NCBI GenBank assembly: GCA_045221075.1
Contig: JBGUWL010000147.1
Span: 1-60,302, forward strand
Source: Acutalibacteraceae bacterium
GTDB lineage: Bacteria > Bacillota > Clostridia > Oscillospirales > Acutalibacteraceae
Reading direction: 5' to 3'
Length of the DNA stretch: 60,302 nucleotides
Part shown: in pieces, positions 25,328 to 34,145 of the stretch
How the letters are laid out: every line of letters begins with the position of its first letter
How positions within the stretch are numbered: position 1 is the first letter of the stretch
Notes under the pieces: generated by a model
The model's database searches: none
Seen by the model: the letters and a program-made list of their open reading frames with translations, nothing else
Told to the model about the DNA's origin: nothing
Made by a program: the position numbers and the translations under genes

Positions 25328-27034
25328 TCAGTCTGTGTTATTGATGGTCATATCAACAAACTCTTCATAGGAGGTAAGTCCCTGAAGAACGTTTCGTCTT
25401 ACGTTTTCCTTCATCGGTATCATGCCCTCTTTTAAGGCCAACTCACGGATCTCGTCAGTACTCTTGTTTTCCGTAATGGCACGCTTAAGAGTGGTTGTGA
25501 GCAGCATGATCTCATGAACGGCGATACGTCCCTTATAACCCTTTTTGTTGCATTTCTCGCAGCCTTTTCTGCGATAGAGGGTGATATCCTCATTCTGATC
25601 AAGGTTAAGAGCGATCCGCTCATTCTGATCCGGCGTGTAAGCCTCTTTACATTCAACGCAGAGACGACGCGCCAGTTTCTGAGCGATAATACCGAGAAGA
25701 GCAGAGGAAACCATGTAAGGTTCAATTCCCATATCTACAAGACGCGCCACAGAGCTGGGGGCGTCGTAGGTATGCAGTGTTGAAAGAACCAAGTGACCTG
25801 TGATAGCTGCCTGTACCGCAATACCGGCGGTCTCACCGTCACGGATCTCACCGACCATGATGATATCGGGGTCCTGACGAAGAATGCTTCGCAGGGCTGC
25901 CGCAAAGGTCATGCCGGCTTTTTCGTTGGTTTGAACCTGGGTGATTCCTTCCTGCAGCATTTCGACAGGGTCCTCAACCGTGATGATATTGATATCTTCA
26001 CTTTTGACCTCATTGAGAGCCGTATAAAGGGTCGTCGATTTACCGGAACCGGTAGCACCGGTTACAAGGATGATTCCACGGTTACTTTTGATAAGATGGT
26101 TGAATTTTTCAAGGTTCTCCGGCAGGAAGCCTATGCTTTCCTTTTTAAGCTCCATGCCGAGAGAGGTGGTAATACGCATAACGATCTTCTCACCATATAC
26201 GCTGGGGAGAACCGAAATACGGAAGTCTATTTCTTTTCCTGCAACACGGTAGTTAATACGACCGTCCTGAGGAATACGTTTTTCTGCGATGTTCATGTTA
26301 CCGATGAACTTGATACGGGATGTTACCGAGGGGATGAGCTCAGGGCTTGTCTCCATATAGATCTGCAGCTTACCGTCGATACGGAAGCGGATCCTCAGGC
26401 ATTTTTCCATAGGCTCCACATGAATATCGGAGCATTTTGCAAAGATAGCCTCTTCGATCATGGTATTTACAAAACGGATGATAGGCTGGTCATTACCGTT
26501 GGCATCCTGTTTTGCAGCCTCTTCAGCCTCCTGCTGAGCCTTGGATTTACCGCCCTTTGACTCAAGGAATTCCTTTGCGTCATCGATAGCCTTCTGGGCG
26601 GCATAAAGCTCACGGAGCTTTGCCGAGATCTTTGAAGGTTCGGCGATGACCGGCTGGATCTTCAACTTAGTGGCAATGGATATATCCTTGATTCCTTTAT
26701 AGTTAAGGGGATCGCCGATGGCAACGGTGAGGATACGTCCTTCCTGTTCGATAGGAACGACCATATTCTTCTGAGCCATATCCTCAGGGATAAGGCCTCC
26801 CAGTTCATCGGGAATAGTAACTGAATCAAGATCAATGTAAGGCATAAAGAGCTGTTTTTCCAGCGCTCTGCACACCTGCTGCTCGGTTACTATCTTGTCT
26901 TCAATAAGAATGTCGGCAATACGGCGTTTTTCATCAGAGCTACGCTGTTTTTCCAGCACAGCCTCAAGCTGTTCTTCCGTAATGTCGCCAGAATTGATCA
27001 AAATTTGTCCGATTTTCAAGTTGCCGGCTTTCAT
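25328..27034 (-). CDS. pilB: Type IV pilus assembly ATPase PilB (GspE family) with an MshEN-like N-domain
   Basis: 568 aa with AAGGAG SD. Motifs are Walker A GATGSGKST and the C-terminal tetracysteine CVECK...CEKC. The N-terminal tandem 24-aa motifs are described in the findings. Confidence 0.9.
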   Translation of the reverse strand: MKAGNLKIGQILINSGDITEEQLEAVLEKQRSSDEKRRIADILIEDKIVTEQQVCRALEKQLFMPYIDLDSVTIPDELGGLIPEDMAQKNMVVPIEQEGRILTVAIGDPLNYKGIKDISIATKLKIQPVIAEPSKISAKLRELYAAQKAIDDAKEFLESKGGKSKAQQEAEEAAKQDANGNDQPIIRFVNTMIEEAIFAKCSDIHVEPMEKCLRIRFRIDGKLQIYMETSPELIPSVTSRIKFIGNMNIAEKRIPQDGRINYRVAGKEIDFRISVLPSVYGEKIVMRITTSLGMELKKESIGFLPENLEKFNHLIKSNRGIILVTGATGSGKSTTLYTALNEVKSEDINIITVEDPVEMLQEGITQVQTNEKAGMTFAAALRSILRQDPDIIMVGEIRDGETAGIAVQAAITGHLVLSTLHTYDAPSSVARLVDMGIEPYMVSSALLGIIAQKLARRLCVECKEAYTPDQNERIALNLDQNEDITLYRRKGCEKCNKKGYKGRIAVHEIMLLTTTLKRAITENKSTDEIRELALKEGMIPMKENVRRNVLQGLTSYEEFVDMTINNTD

Positions 27035-27058
27035 GTCTTCAGCTCCTTACCCGTTTGA

Positions 27059-28000
27059 TTAGAATAGTTTCAGATACATTTCAACTAAGCCAAAAATAAA
27101 GTCATAAAAACAAACATAGCATATCAGCGAAAATGTGATATAAGGACCAAAGGCGAGGTACGAACCGCCCGAGGTCTCCTCCTGTGTATCCGCAGAAGTC
27201 TGCTCTCCGGCATCAGTCTCCGCTTCCACGGCAGCGGCAGCATCCTTCACGGAAACGCTTGCTTTTGTGTCACCGTCAGCGGTACCCTCTGGGTCAGCAT
27301 CATCAGCCGCAGACTGATCCTGCTGAGGAGCTTTCCTGCCGATTATGCGGACCACGATCAGTATCACCACAAAACATATCATTGCGCTTATCATAGATAT
27401 GATAAACGACAGTATGGTTCCGGGAAAACCCGTTGCAATACCGACGGCCGCAAAGAGCTTTACGTCTCCGAAGCCCATTCCGCCTCGCTTGTATACTAAC
27501 ATTCCGATAAGGTCAATAAATATCATGACCCCGGCGCCAATAGCGGCACCCGCCAGAGGTGACCACCAGGCGGTATGGAGTATGCCGTAGCCCCTTGCGA
27601 TGTCATAAATGCTTATGGCAAGGGCAAGCAATCCCAGTGCTATGGTGAACTGGTCCGGAATGATGGTATATTTGATATCACAGATAGCTATCATAAGGGA
27701 TACTATTATCATCAGTGAGAAAACCACAAAATAGATATCGTAGCCCTTGTTGAACTGCAGCCTGCAGCAAACCAGGCAGACGGCAGTCACTATGGACATA
27801 ACAATACCCGATCCGGCATATCTGACACGGTTTCCGGAGAGAAGCTCCGGCGAAGGGGTCTCGTTGTAATCGCACAGCCATTTGGCCGGGATACGGTTGA
27901 TGACCCTGTAGTACAGCCATGTCAGGAGCACGCCGGACAGGACACAGACGGCAGTCCATATAACGCCGGCTGTGCTTGTCAGGTATTCAAAAGGCTGCAT
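27059..28000 (-). CDS. pilD: Prepilin peptidase PilD (peptidase A24)
   Basis: Polytopic membrane protein. Aspartate motifs are IIPDQF and GMGFGDVKL, with C-terminal AFGPYI. It contains a 58-aa acidic insertion. Confidence 0.85.
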   Translation of the reverse strand: MQPFEYLTSTAGVIWTAVCVLSGVLLTWLYYRVINRIPAKWLCDYNETPSPELLSGNRVRYAGSGIVMSIVTAVCLVCCRLQFNKGYDIYFVVFSLMIIVSLMIAICDIKYTIIPDQFTIALGLLALAISIYDIARGYGILHTAWWSPLAGAAIGAGVMIFIDLIGMLVYKRGGMGFGDVKLFAAVGIATGFPGTILSFIISMISAMICFVVILIVVRIIGRKAPQQDQSAADDADPEGTADGDTKASVSVKDAAAAVEAETDAGEQTSADTQEETSGGSYLAFGPYITFSLICYVCFYDFIFGLVEMYLKLF

Positions 28001-28021
28001 AAATATCAGTCCTCTGATTCA

Positions 28022-28702
28022 TCAGGTTGAGCTTTGGGAAGAAGATACAGCCGCCTCAAGATCAACCATCTCAAAGTAATACAGACTCATGGAAACCGTA
28101 TAGTCATACTTTGCGGTCTTGCTGGTTGTGGTAGCAACACTGGTCACTGAATTATCTTCTCCGGAAGTGGTGCCGGCAGCGGAATTGCTGGCGATGTAAG
28201 GCTCTGCATCGATTCCGTTGATGTAGTATGCACCGTCGGCCTTCAGCTCAAGATAATCGAGAGACTTCTTAAGGTCTTCCTTTGTTCCCGAGAATCTGAA
28301 GTTGATGCTGGTTGAGAAAAGACGTCCGCCTTCAACGGTAGTTCTTCCAAGAGCGTCCTCGTTACCTGTGCTGATAGACAGCGAGGTGATCTCGAACTTG
28401 AGATTCTTGAGGATGGATCTGATCTCGTTAGGAGTCTTGGTAGCGTTTGAATAGAGGATGGGGTTCTTTTTCTGATATTCTTCCATCATGCTGGCGATAT
28501 TGCTCTCAACAGTGGCAGAATTGTCCAGATAAGAATTGTAGTAATTGATCTTGCTTGTGGCAGAAGCATGGTTGTCCTGATAACCGTCATAATTCTGTAT
28601 AAAGGGTACCTGCACAGCGATCAGAAAGATGATACTCATTACCAGTATGACCGCTATTGCAATAATAAAGCCTGAAATTTTGAGCTGCTTTTTATTATTC
28701 AT
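28022..28702 (-). CDS. PilO-like bitopic pilus assembly protein
   Basis: GGAGGT SD. It has a short cytoplasmic N-terminus, one TM (ISGFIIAIAVILVMSIIFLIAV) and a ~170-aa outside domain. The call rests on position between pilM/N and pilD, with no motif-level support. Confidence 0.5.
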   Translation of the reverse strand: MNNKKQLKISGFIIAIAVILVMSIIFLIAVQVPFIQNYDGYQDNHASATSKINYYNSYLDNSATVESNIASMMEEYQKKNPILYSNATKTPNEIRSILKNLKFEITSLSISTGNEDALGRTTVEGGRLFSTSINFRFSGTKEDLKKSLDYLELKADGAYYINGIDAEPYIASNSAAGTTSGEDNSVTSVATTTSKTAKYDYTVSMSLYYFEMVDLEAAVSSSQSST

Positions 28703-28785
28703 TATTGTTTACCTCCGTCAAGAATTGATCTTTGCTTTAGATCCTTTGGGCTTTCCGATGTGAAACCGTTCCGTCAGTCAGTCCG

Positions 28786-30636
28786 TCAGGATGCAGAACT
28801 CTCAGCGGAAGACGCAGACGAAGCATCCGAGGTCTGTGAAGTCTCGGTGGTGCCAGCAGCAGTACCGTTTGCAGCTGCTCCGCCGCTCTGGAGCTTCTCC
28901 TCCTGAGCCTTCTGCTCTGCATCTGACAGCTTGGCTGTTTCAAAGCCCTTTTCGGTCACGTTGAGCTGCATCTCAAGATCGTATGTGATGTTCTTGGCCT
29001 CGGGGTTGAGGTCGTCGTTCTTTGCGATTGTGAGCTCCTCGCTGACGCTGAAGAATCCGGCGCTTTCGATCTTATCCTTGAGAGCAACAAACGAGTCGTA
29101 GTTTTTGACATTTGTTTCGACATCAACGGAAACGAATTCTTTTTCGGTCTCCGTATTTGTATCCTTGATGAGGGAAATGCTTTTGGTTACCAGTGTCTTT
29201 TCGACCACTTCTTTGTAGATATGGTCAACGATCACGGACATTTTATATTTTGTCGTGGGAAGTGTTTCAAGGTTGGTAGCCATATTGGTAGTCAGCTCTG
29301 TAGCCGTCTTTTCTCTTGCAATAAGATCCTCGGCATACTTGAAACGCTCGTCCTTAAGGGTATTTTCGTCATTGTTCTGCTGGATCTGAAGAGCGATCCA
29401 CCAGGCAGAGATGGCGATCATCCAGACTGCTGCAACGAAGCCCAAGGCTCCGGCCACGAGATTGCCCACCTTGCTGCCGCTGTCCTTAGCCATTGCGGAA
29501 AGGATGTTTGTCTGGCCCTGAAGCAGGTTAGCTTCGCCCAGAGGCATGGTAAGAATGCCGTTAAGAGTGATGAAGGAAACGGCGTCAAATCCACGCTGTG
29601 AAGCGGACTGGGTAACTCTCGGGGGCTGAGACTGACCGGAGAAGAGGTTGGTTACCTTCTCCATAGGAGCGGTCAGACCTACCTGACGGCAGAACGCGCT
29701 GATGCTGGGCAGCTTTGCCAGGGCATCGCAGAGAACAATCTGGTCGATGTCAAGACGCATGGTAGAGATGACCATTCTGAGGTTTCTGAGTATCTCGCCG
29801 GCAGCGCTTTCCAGCATTGACATGGTCTGCTTTCTGGTTGTTGCGTTATTGCACTTGTTACATACGCCAAGACCCTCCTGACGGATAAGGTCGATAGCGC
29901 CCAGCTTGCTGATACCGAACTCAAGCATGAGCATTTCGGCAACATCCTCAAGCACACTGGAGAAGGACTGCTGGAAAACGGGAGCGCCGTTGTGAAGAAC
30001 CACCAGTCTTGTTGCGGCAAAGTCCATGCTGATAAGAGCGATGGCTCTTGTTGCGGAGTTAAGATCGGCCTTTGCGGTAAAGAGCATACCTGCGATAGGC
30101 GGAGTGACCTTGATGATCTTAAGGCCGGCTGCAGAGAAGTTTGCGCGGATATCGGTAAGAAGTCCGGTATTCATTGCAAACAGGGATGCGGAAACATCCT
30201 CGGTCTTGTTGGCCTTGCCGTACTGCTGGCCGTATTCAAAGTTAAGAATAGTGTACTTTTCAACTTCGGCATGAAGAACAGCCTCTGCTTCAACACGGGC
30301 GTATGTAAGCAGCAGTTTGTCTTTTGATTCTACATGATGCTTGTATTCCTTGGTGATAAGGATGTCTTCATCCTCGATACAAAGGAAGATTTCGCCGAGA
30401 TCCATGTTTACGCTTTCGGCACAGCGTTTTACAAAGGCTGCGAGCTCCTCGGACTTTTCAAAGGGACGCTCCTTAAGGGATTCGTTCAATTCAAAGATCT
30501 GAGGAACACTGAAGTTGGTAGGCACTGCGCCTCCCCTTTTTTTGCTGGACATGCCGCCCTCGGGCTTATCGTACTCGGCAGGAGTAAGGATAAGCAGGCT
30601 TCGTGTCAGCTGCATTACAGTTGCTACACTTTTCAT
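28786..30636 (-). CDS. pilM: PilM-like actin-fold assembly protein fused to a PilN-like TM/outside segment with a Ser/Ala/Thr-rich tail
   Basis: The central region (ALISMDFAATRLVVLHNGAPVF...; DALAKLPSISAFCRQVGL) resembles PilM. A TM follows (VGNLVAGALGFVAAVWMIAISAWWIAL), then a coiled/outside region. The start is ambiguous (30642 GTG, 30636 ATG or 30552 ATG). Confidence 0.65.
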   Translation of the reverse strand: MKSVATVMQLTRSLLILTPAEYDKPEGGMSSKKRGGAVPTNFSVPQIFELNESLKERPFEKSEELAAFVKRCAESVNMDLGEIFLCIEDEDILITKEYKHHVESKDKLLLTYARVEAEAVLHAEVEKYTILNFEYGQQYGKANKTEDVSASLFAMNTGLLTDIRANFSAAGLKIIKVTPPIAGMLFTAKADLNSATRAIALISMDFAATRLVVLHNGAPVFQQSFSSVLEDVAEMLMLEFGISKLGAIDLIRQEGLGVCNKCNNATTRKQTMSMLESAAGEILRNLRMVISTMRLDIDQIVLCDALAKLPSISAFCRQVGLTAPMEKVTNLFSGQSQPPRVTQSASQRGFDAVSFITLNGILTMPLGEANLLQGQTNILSAMAKDSGSKVGNLVAGALGFVAAVWMIAISAWWIALQIQQNNDENTLKDERFKYAEDLIAREKTATELTTNMATNLETLPTTKYKMSVIVDHIYKEVVEKTLVTKSISLIKDTNTETEKEFVSVDVETNVKNYDSFVALKDKIESAGFFSVSEELTIAKNDDLNPEAKNITYDLEMQLNVTEKGFETAKLSDAEQKAQEEKLQSGGAAANGTAAGTTETSQTSDASSASSAESSAS

Positions 30637-30913
30637 AAACACACCACACTCTTAAAAATTTTGTACGATTGTTGTTGTTTCATCCGACAAATATCAGAAC
30701 CGCATCATGCTCTGCAAAAGCCGCAGGACATAGGTGCAGTTATAATATCCCTTTTGTTATCTTATCACAAAAAAATATATATTTCAATAATTAATTTTTG
30801 ATTCTTGGTATTTTGTGCATATAGTTAGTTTTTAAAGCTATTATTTATGCAATAAGACACCTGACTATGTTTTTTCCCACAAACAGACACGGACCTTTCT
30901 GTTTTGTCTTGTT

Positions 30914-30952
30914 CAAAAAAACAAAGACCCGGAAATCAATTCCGGGCCTTTG
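30914..30952 (-). terminator. Terminator after pilA1
   Basis: Minus strand reads CAAAGGCCCGGA-ATTGATT-TCCGGGTCTTTG followed by TTTTTTT. Confidence 0.75.
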
Positions 30953-30981
30953 TATGTAGCTGTTAAATAATCCGTCAGGAA

Positions 30982-31464
30982 TTATTTGTAACCAAGATCA
31001 GACATCTTTGTGGTCAGAGCAACTACGTTAGTAGCAGCTGCGGGCTTGCCGCTGTCGTCCTTACCATAGATTGTGCCGGTGTTCTTGTCATAAACGAAGT
31101 CGCCAACCTTGCCCTTAAGGGTATCAAGACCTGCATAGGTGATAGCGTCGGTAACAGTAAGAGCCAGAGCCTTGGTCTTCTTTGCAGAAGCGGAAGCATT
31201 GGCAGGCGGCAGACCGGTGAAGGCCTTGGGTGAGCTGGAGTTCAGAGTGCCTGAAACAACTTCAGCGTACATGTCCTTGCATGCGTTACTGAGTGAAGAA
31301 GCGTCTGACTTCTGCTGTGATTCGTTAGCGCTGTTGATGATACCGATAACTGCGGGGATAGCGATTGCAGCCAGGATACCGAGGATAGCGATAACAACTA
31401 CGAGTTCAACGAGGGTGAAACCTTTTTTGCTCTGCTTAGCGAGCAGTTTCTGCTGGAGAGTCAT
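30982..31464 (-). CDS. pilA: Type IV major pilin (paralog 1)
   Basis: The N-terminus MTLQQKLLAKQSKKG|FTLVELVVVIAILGILAAIAIPAV is a canonical class III signal peptide. 160 aa, monocistronic, with its own promoter and terminator. Confidence 0.88.
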   Translation of the reverse strand: MTLQQKLLAKQSKKGFTLVELVVVIAILGILAAIAIPAVIGIINSANESQQKSDASSLSNACKDMYAEVVSGTLNSSSPKAFTGLPPANASASAKKTKALALTVTDAITYAGLDTLKGKVGDFVYDKNTGTIYGKDDSGKPAAATNVVALTTKMSDLGYK

Positions 31465-31548
31465 GATGAATTACCTCTTTCTTTAATAAATTTTTTTTTC
31501 GAACCCGATCCTCTGAAGGGTGGAGCACCGTGTTCATTTGTTGATTAT

Positions 31549-31577
31549 ATATTAACTCTTTATTAACAAAATGTCAA
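31549..31577 (-). promoter_or_regulatory. Candidate promoter of pilA1
   Basis: Minus strand reads TTGACA-N17-TAATAT, preceded by A-tract-rich DNA. The predicted leader is about 80 nt. Confidence 0.55.
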
Positions 31578-31934
31578 TACTTTTTTTCGAAATTTTTTCA
31601 AATTTTTAGTAAAACATAAGCTTGTATTTTTGTGCACACTGCCAAGTGTTTGGCTGCGAGCAGTTAAACATTACCCCTTTTTAGTTTGTATTGCACCACA
31701 CGTCGATGAATTTTTGTTTTATATGACGAATTCTATTTATGAATCATTTGTTAACTGTTAATATCGTGTTCATATTTAATCGATTTTTCTTTAGAAATTT
31801 TCAATATTTTTTTAAAATTTCCTTCCCGATTTCTGTTCAGAAACCCTTTTGGCAGCATTTCCCTTCAAAAATCAGGTTCACATTTACGCAAAATCACCGG
31901 TCTTTACCATCCCGGAAACCGGACCGGTTCCCGT

Positions 31935-31962
31935 CAAAAAAGGAGAGCCGCCCGGCTCTCCT
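31935..31962 (-). terminator. Terminator after pilA2
   Basis: Minus strand reads GGAGAGCCG-GGC-GGCTCTCC followed by TTTTTT. Confidence 0.75.
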
Positions 31963-31970
31963 CTGCAGAT

Positions 31971-32432
31971 TCACATTATTTCCGAAAGCTTTGTACTCGC
32001 CGTGATAAGCTTGTTTGAAGCGGTCTTCTGCTGAACGGTTCCTGTGCTGTCATAGCCGTAATTGTTCTGTCCCGACTGGATCTGGGTTTTGATCTTGTCC
32101 AGTCCCGCAAACTCGCAGGCATTGATCACCGTCGCATTGTCAGCCGCCGCTTTTCTCTGGGAGGCAGAGGCATTCGGGCCGGGAAGTCCGCTCTGTGATG
32201 AACCCTGGGGGGATGAGGAATTAACCGATCCGGCAACGACTGCGGCATAATAGTCCTTGCAGGCCATATTGAGCGCCGAAGCGTCACTCTTCTCTGCGGT
32301 CTCCGATGAATGGCCCAGTATGTTGTATACTACCGGCACAGCGATTGCCGCAAGTATGCCAAGGATGGCAATAACCACCACAAGCTCAACCAATGTAAAA
32401 CCCTTTTTGCTGCGATACTTACTTTTGTTCAT
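31971..32432 (-). CDS. pilA: Type IV major pilin (paralog 2)
   Basis: Start moved to ATG 32432 (AGGAGGG 7 nt upstream). The N-terminus is MNKSKYRSKKG|FTLVELVVVIAILGILAAIAVPVV. It shares the SDAS.L..ACKD.YA.VV.G..NSSSP and NASAS motifs with paralog 1. Confidence 0.88.
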   Translation of the reverse strand: MNKSKYRSKKGFTLVELVVVIAILGILAAIAVPVVYNILGHSSETAEKSDASALNMACKDYYAAVVAGSVNSSSPQGSSQSGLPGPNASASQRKAAADNATVINACEFAGLDKIKTQIQSGQNNYGYDSTGTVQQKTASNKLITASTKLSEIM

Positions 32433-32491
32433 ATTAAGCCCTCCTGTCATAATCTCACTTCATAACGCCGTCAACTGCCCCTTTTTATATT

Positions 32492-32519
32492 ATTGTATCT
32501 CATATTTCCGTTTTGTCAA
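32492..32519 (-). promoter_or_regulatory. Candidate promoter of pilA2
   Basis: Minus strand reads TTGACA-N16-TACAAT. The predicted leader is about 50 nt. Confidence 0.5.
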
Positions 32520-32644
32520 TAGATTATTCATGAATACGTCATATTGTAGAAATTATTTTATGTTATGGCTCCCTTTATATAATCTTTCCGACTTTATTAT
32601 GAAAAAAGTAGGACCACAGCGTTCCGAAAACCCGGGTCATCCAG

Positions 32645-32690
32645 AAAAAAAGGCGTACAGCCCAAAATAAGCCATACGCCCGTAAATAAA
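32645..32690 (-). terminator. Candidate terminator after glyA
   Basis: Minus strand reads GGCGTA ... TACGCC (6-bp stem, large loop) followed by TTTTTT. Confidence 0.5.
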
Positions 32691-32700
32691 TATCCGTTAA

Positions 32701-33954
32701 TTATTTGTAAAGGGGGAACTTCTCGCAGATCTCGTTTACGCCGCTGCGGATATAGTCTGCCTTTGCGTCGAAGTCGTTGAGAGCAAGAGTGATGAACTCT
32801 GCGATCCTGTCCATCTCCTCAACGCCCAGACCTCTTGTTGTGACTGCAGGAGTACCGATGCGTACGCCGCTGGTAACGAAGGGACTTCTCTGCTCGTTGG
32901 GAACAGTGTTCTTGTTTGCGGTGATCTGGACCTCATCCAGTCTGCGCTCCAGCTCCTTGCCTGTGACCTCGCTCTCGGTCAGGTCAAGCAGCATAACGTG
33001 GTTGTCGGTACCGCCGGAGACCAGCTTGTTTCCTCTCTTGAGAAGTCCGTCGGCAAGAGCTTTTGCGTTCTTTACGATGTTCTCGCCGTAAGTCTTGAAC
33101 TCGGGCTTCAGAGCTTCGCCCAGGCATACGGCCTTTGCGGCGATAACGTGCATCAGGGGGCCTCCCTGTGTTCCGGGGAATACTGCCTTGTTGATATCCT
33201 TTGCATATTCTTCTCCGCAAAGGATCATACCGCCTCTGGGACCTCTCAGGGTCTTGTGGGTGGTGGTGGTAACAAAGTGAGCATAGGGTACGGGATTGGG
33301 ATGTACGCCTGCAGCAACAAGACCTGCAATATGGGCCATGTCTACCATAAGGTAAGCTCCGCAGGCATCGGCGATCTCACGGAAGCGTTTGAAGTCGATG
33401 ATTCTGGGATATGCACTGGCGCCGCATACGATCATCTTCGGCTTGTGCTCCATTGCAAGCTCATATACCTTGTCATAGTCGATAACGTGAGTTACCGGGT
33501 CAACGCCGTAGGATACAAAGTTGAAGTATTTGCCGGAAATATTTACCGGTGAGCCGTGGGTAAGGTGACCGCCCTCGGAAAGGGTCATGCCCATTACGGT
33601 ATCCCCGGGCTGCAGCATAGCAAAATAAACCGCGGTATTTGCCTGAGCGCCGGAATGGGGCTGCACGTTTGCAAACTCTGCTCCGAAAAGCTCACAGGCG
33701 CGCTTGCGGGCAATGTCCTCTACCACGTCAACATACTGGCATCCGCCGTAGTATCTCTTGCCGGGATAACCCTCGGCATACTTATTGGTCAATACCGAAC
33801 CCATTGCAGCCATTACTGCCGGTGAAACGATGTTTTCGGAAGCTATCAGTTCAAGGTTTCTCTGCTGTCTGAGCAGCTCGTCATTCATTGCCGCAGCTAC
33901 GTCGCTGTCATATCCGGCAACAAAGCCTATGGTATCCATCAGATCATTATACAT
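32701..33954 (-). CDS. glyA: Serine hydroxymethyltransferase
   Basis: Start moved to ATG 33954 (AGGAGAGG SD). Motifs are [11 protein letters not shown], the PLP-site [14 protein letters not shown], and a colinear SHMT sequence. Confidence 0.95.
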   Translation of the reverse strand: MYNDLMDTIGFVAGYDSDVAAAMNDELLRQQRNLELIASENIVSPAVMAAMGSVLTNKYAEGYPGKRYYGGCQYVDVVEDIARKRACELFGAEFANVQPHSGAQANTAVYFAMLQPGDTVMGMTLSEGGHLTHGSPVNISGKYFNFVSYGVDPVTHVIDYDKVYELAMEHKPKMIVCGASAYPRIIDFKRFREIADACGAYLMVDMAHIAGLVAAGVHPNPVPYAHFVTTTTHKTLRGPRGGMILCGEEYAKDINKAVFPGTQGGPLMHVIAAKAVCLGEALKPEFKTYGENIVKNAKALADGLLKRGNKLVSGGTDNHVMLLDLTESEVTGKELERRLDEVQITANKNTVPNEQRSPFVTSGVRIGTPAVTTRGLGVEEMDRIAEFITLALNDFDAKADYIRSGVNEICEKFPLYK

Positions 33955-33988
33955 TGGTCTTACCTCTCCTATAAAAAAATTCATTGCT

Positions 33989-34017
33989 ATTATACACTAT
34001 AATCCCGCTTAAATCAA
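33989..34017 (-). promoter_or_regulatory. Candidate glyA promoter
   Basis: Minus strand reads TTGATT-N17-TATAAT, about 30 nt upstream of the SD. Confidence 0.55.
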
Positions 34018-34130
34018 GAAGAACCGTCCCTGATGCGTCAGTTTTTTACTGTTTTTTCTTTTTTTCGCAGGCAGTAACGATAAATCTTTAAAACTTATTT
34101 ACAGCCCATTAACAATTGTACGCATTATTG

Positions 34131-34139
34131 TGCTATAAT
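34131..34139 (+). promoter_or_regulatory. Extended -10 element (TGcTATAAT) of candidate sRNA 1
   Basis: TGCTATAAT read directly on the plus strand. No plus-strand CDS lies downstream. Confidence 0.4.
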
Positions 34140-34145
34140 TTAATT

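Noticed and set aside
28737-28943. 68-aa minus-strand ORF overlapping the 3' end of pilM/N
   Set aside because: It is an alternative frame of the Ser/Ala-rich tail region, is Arg-rich low complexity, and has no SD.
31465-31548. c-di-GMP riboswitch upstream of the pilin genes (as known for Clostridioides difficile pilA1); also checked 32433..32491
   Set aside because: The predicted leaders are only about 50-80 nt, and I could not find the conserved GEMM-I or GEMM-II features. This is a by-eye judgement only, and cmsearch would be decisive.
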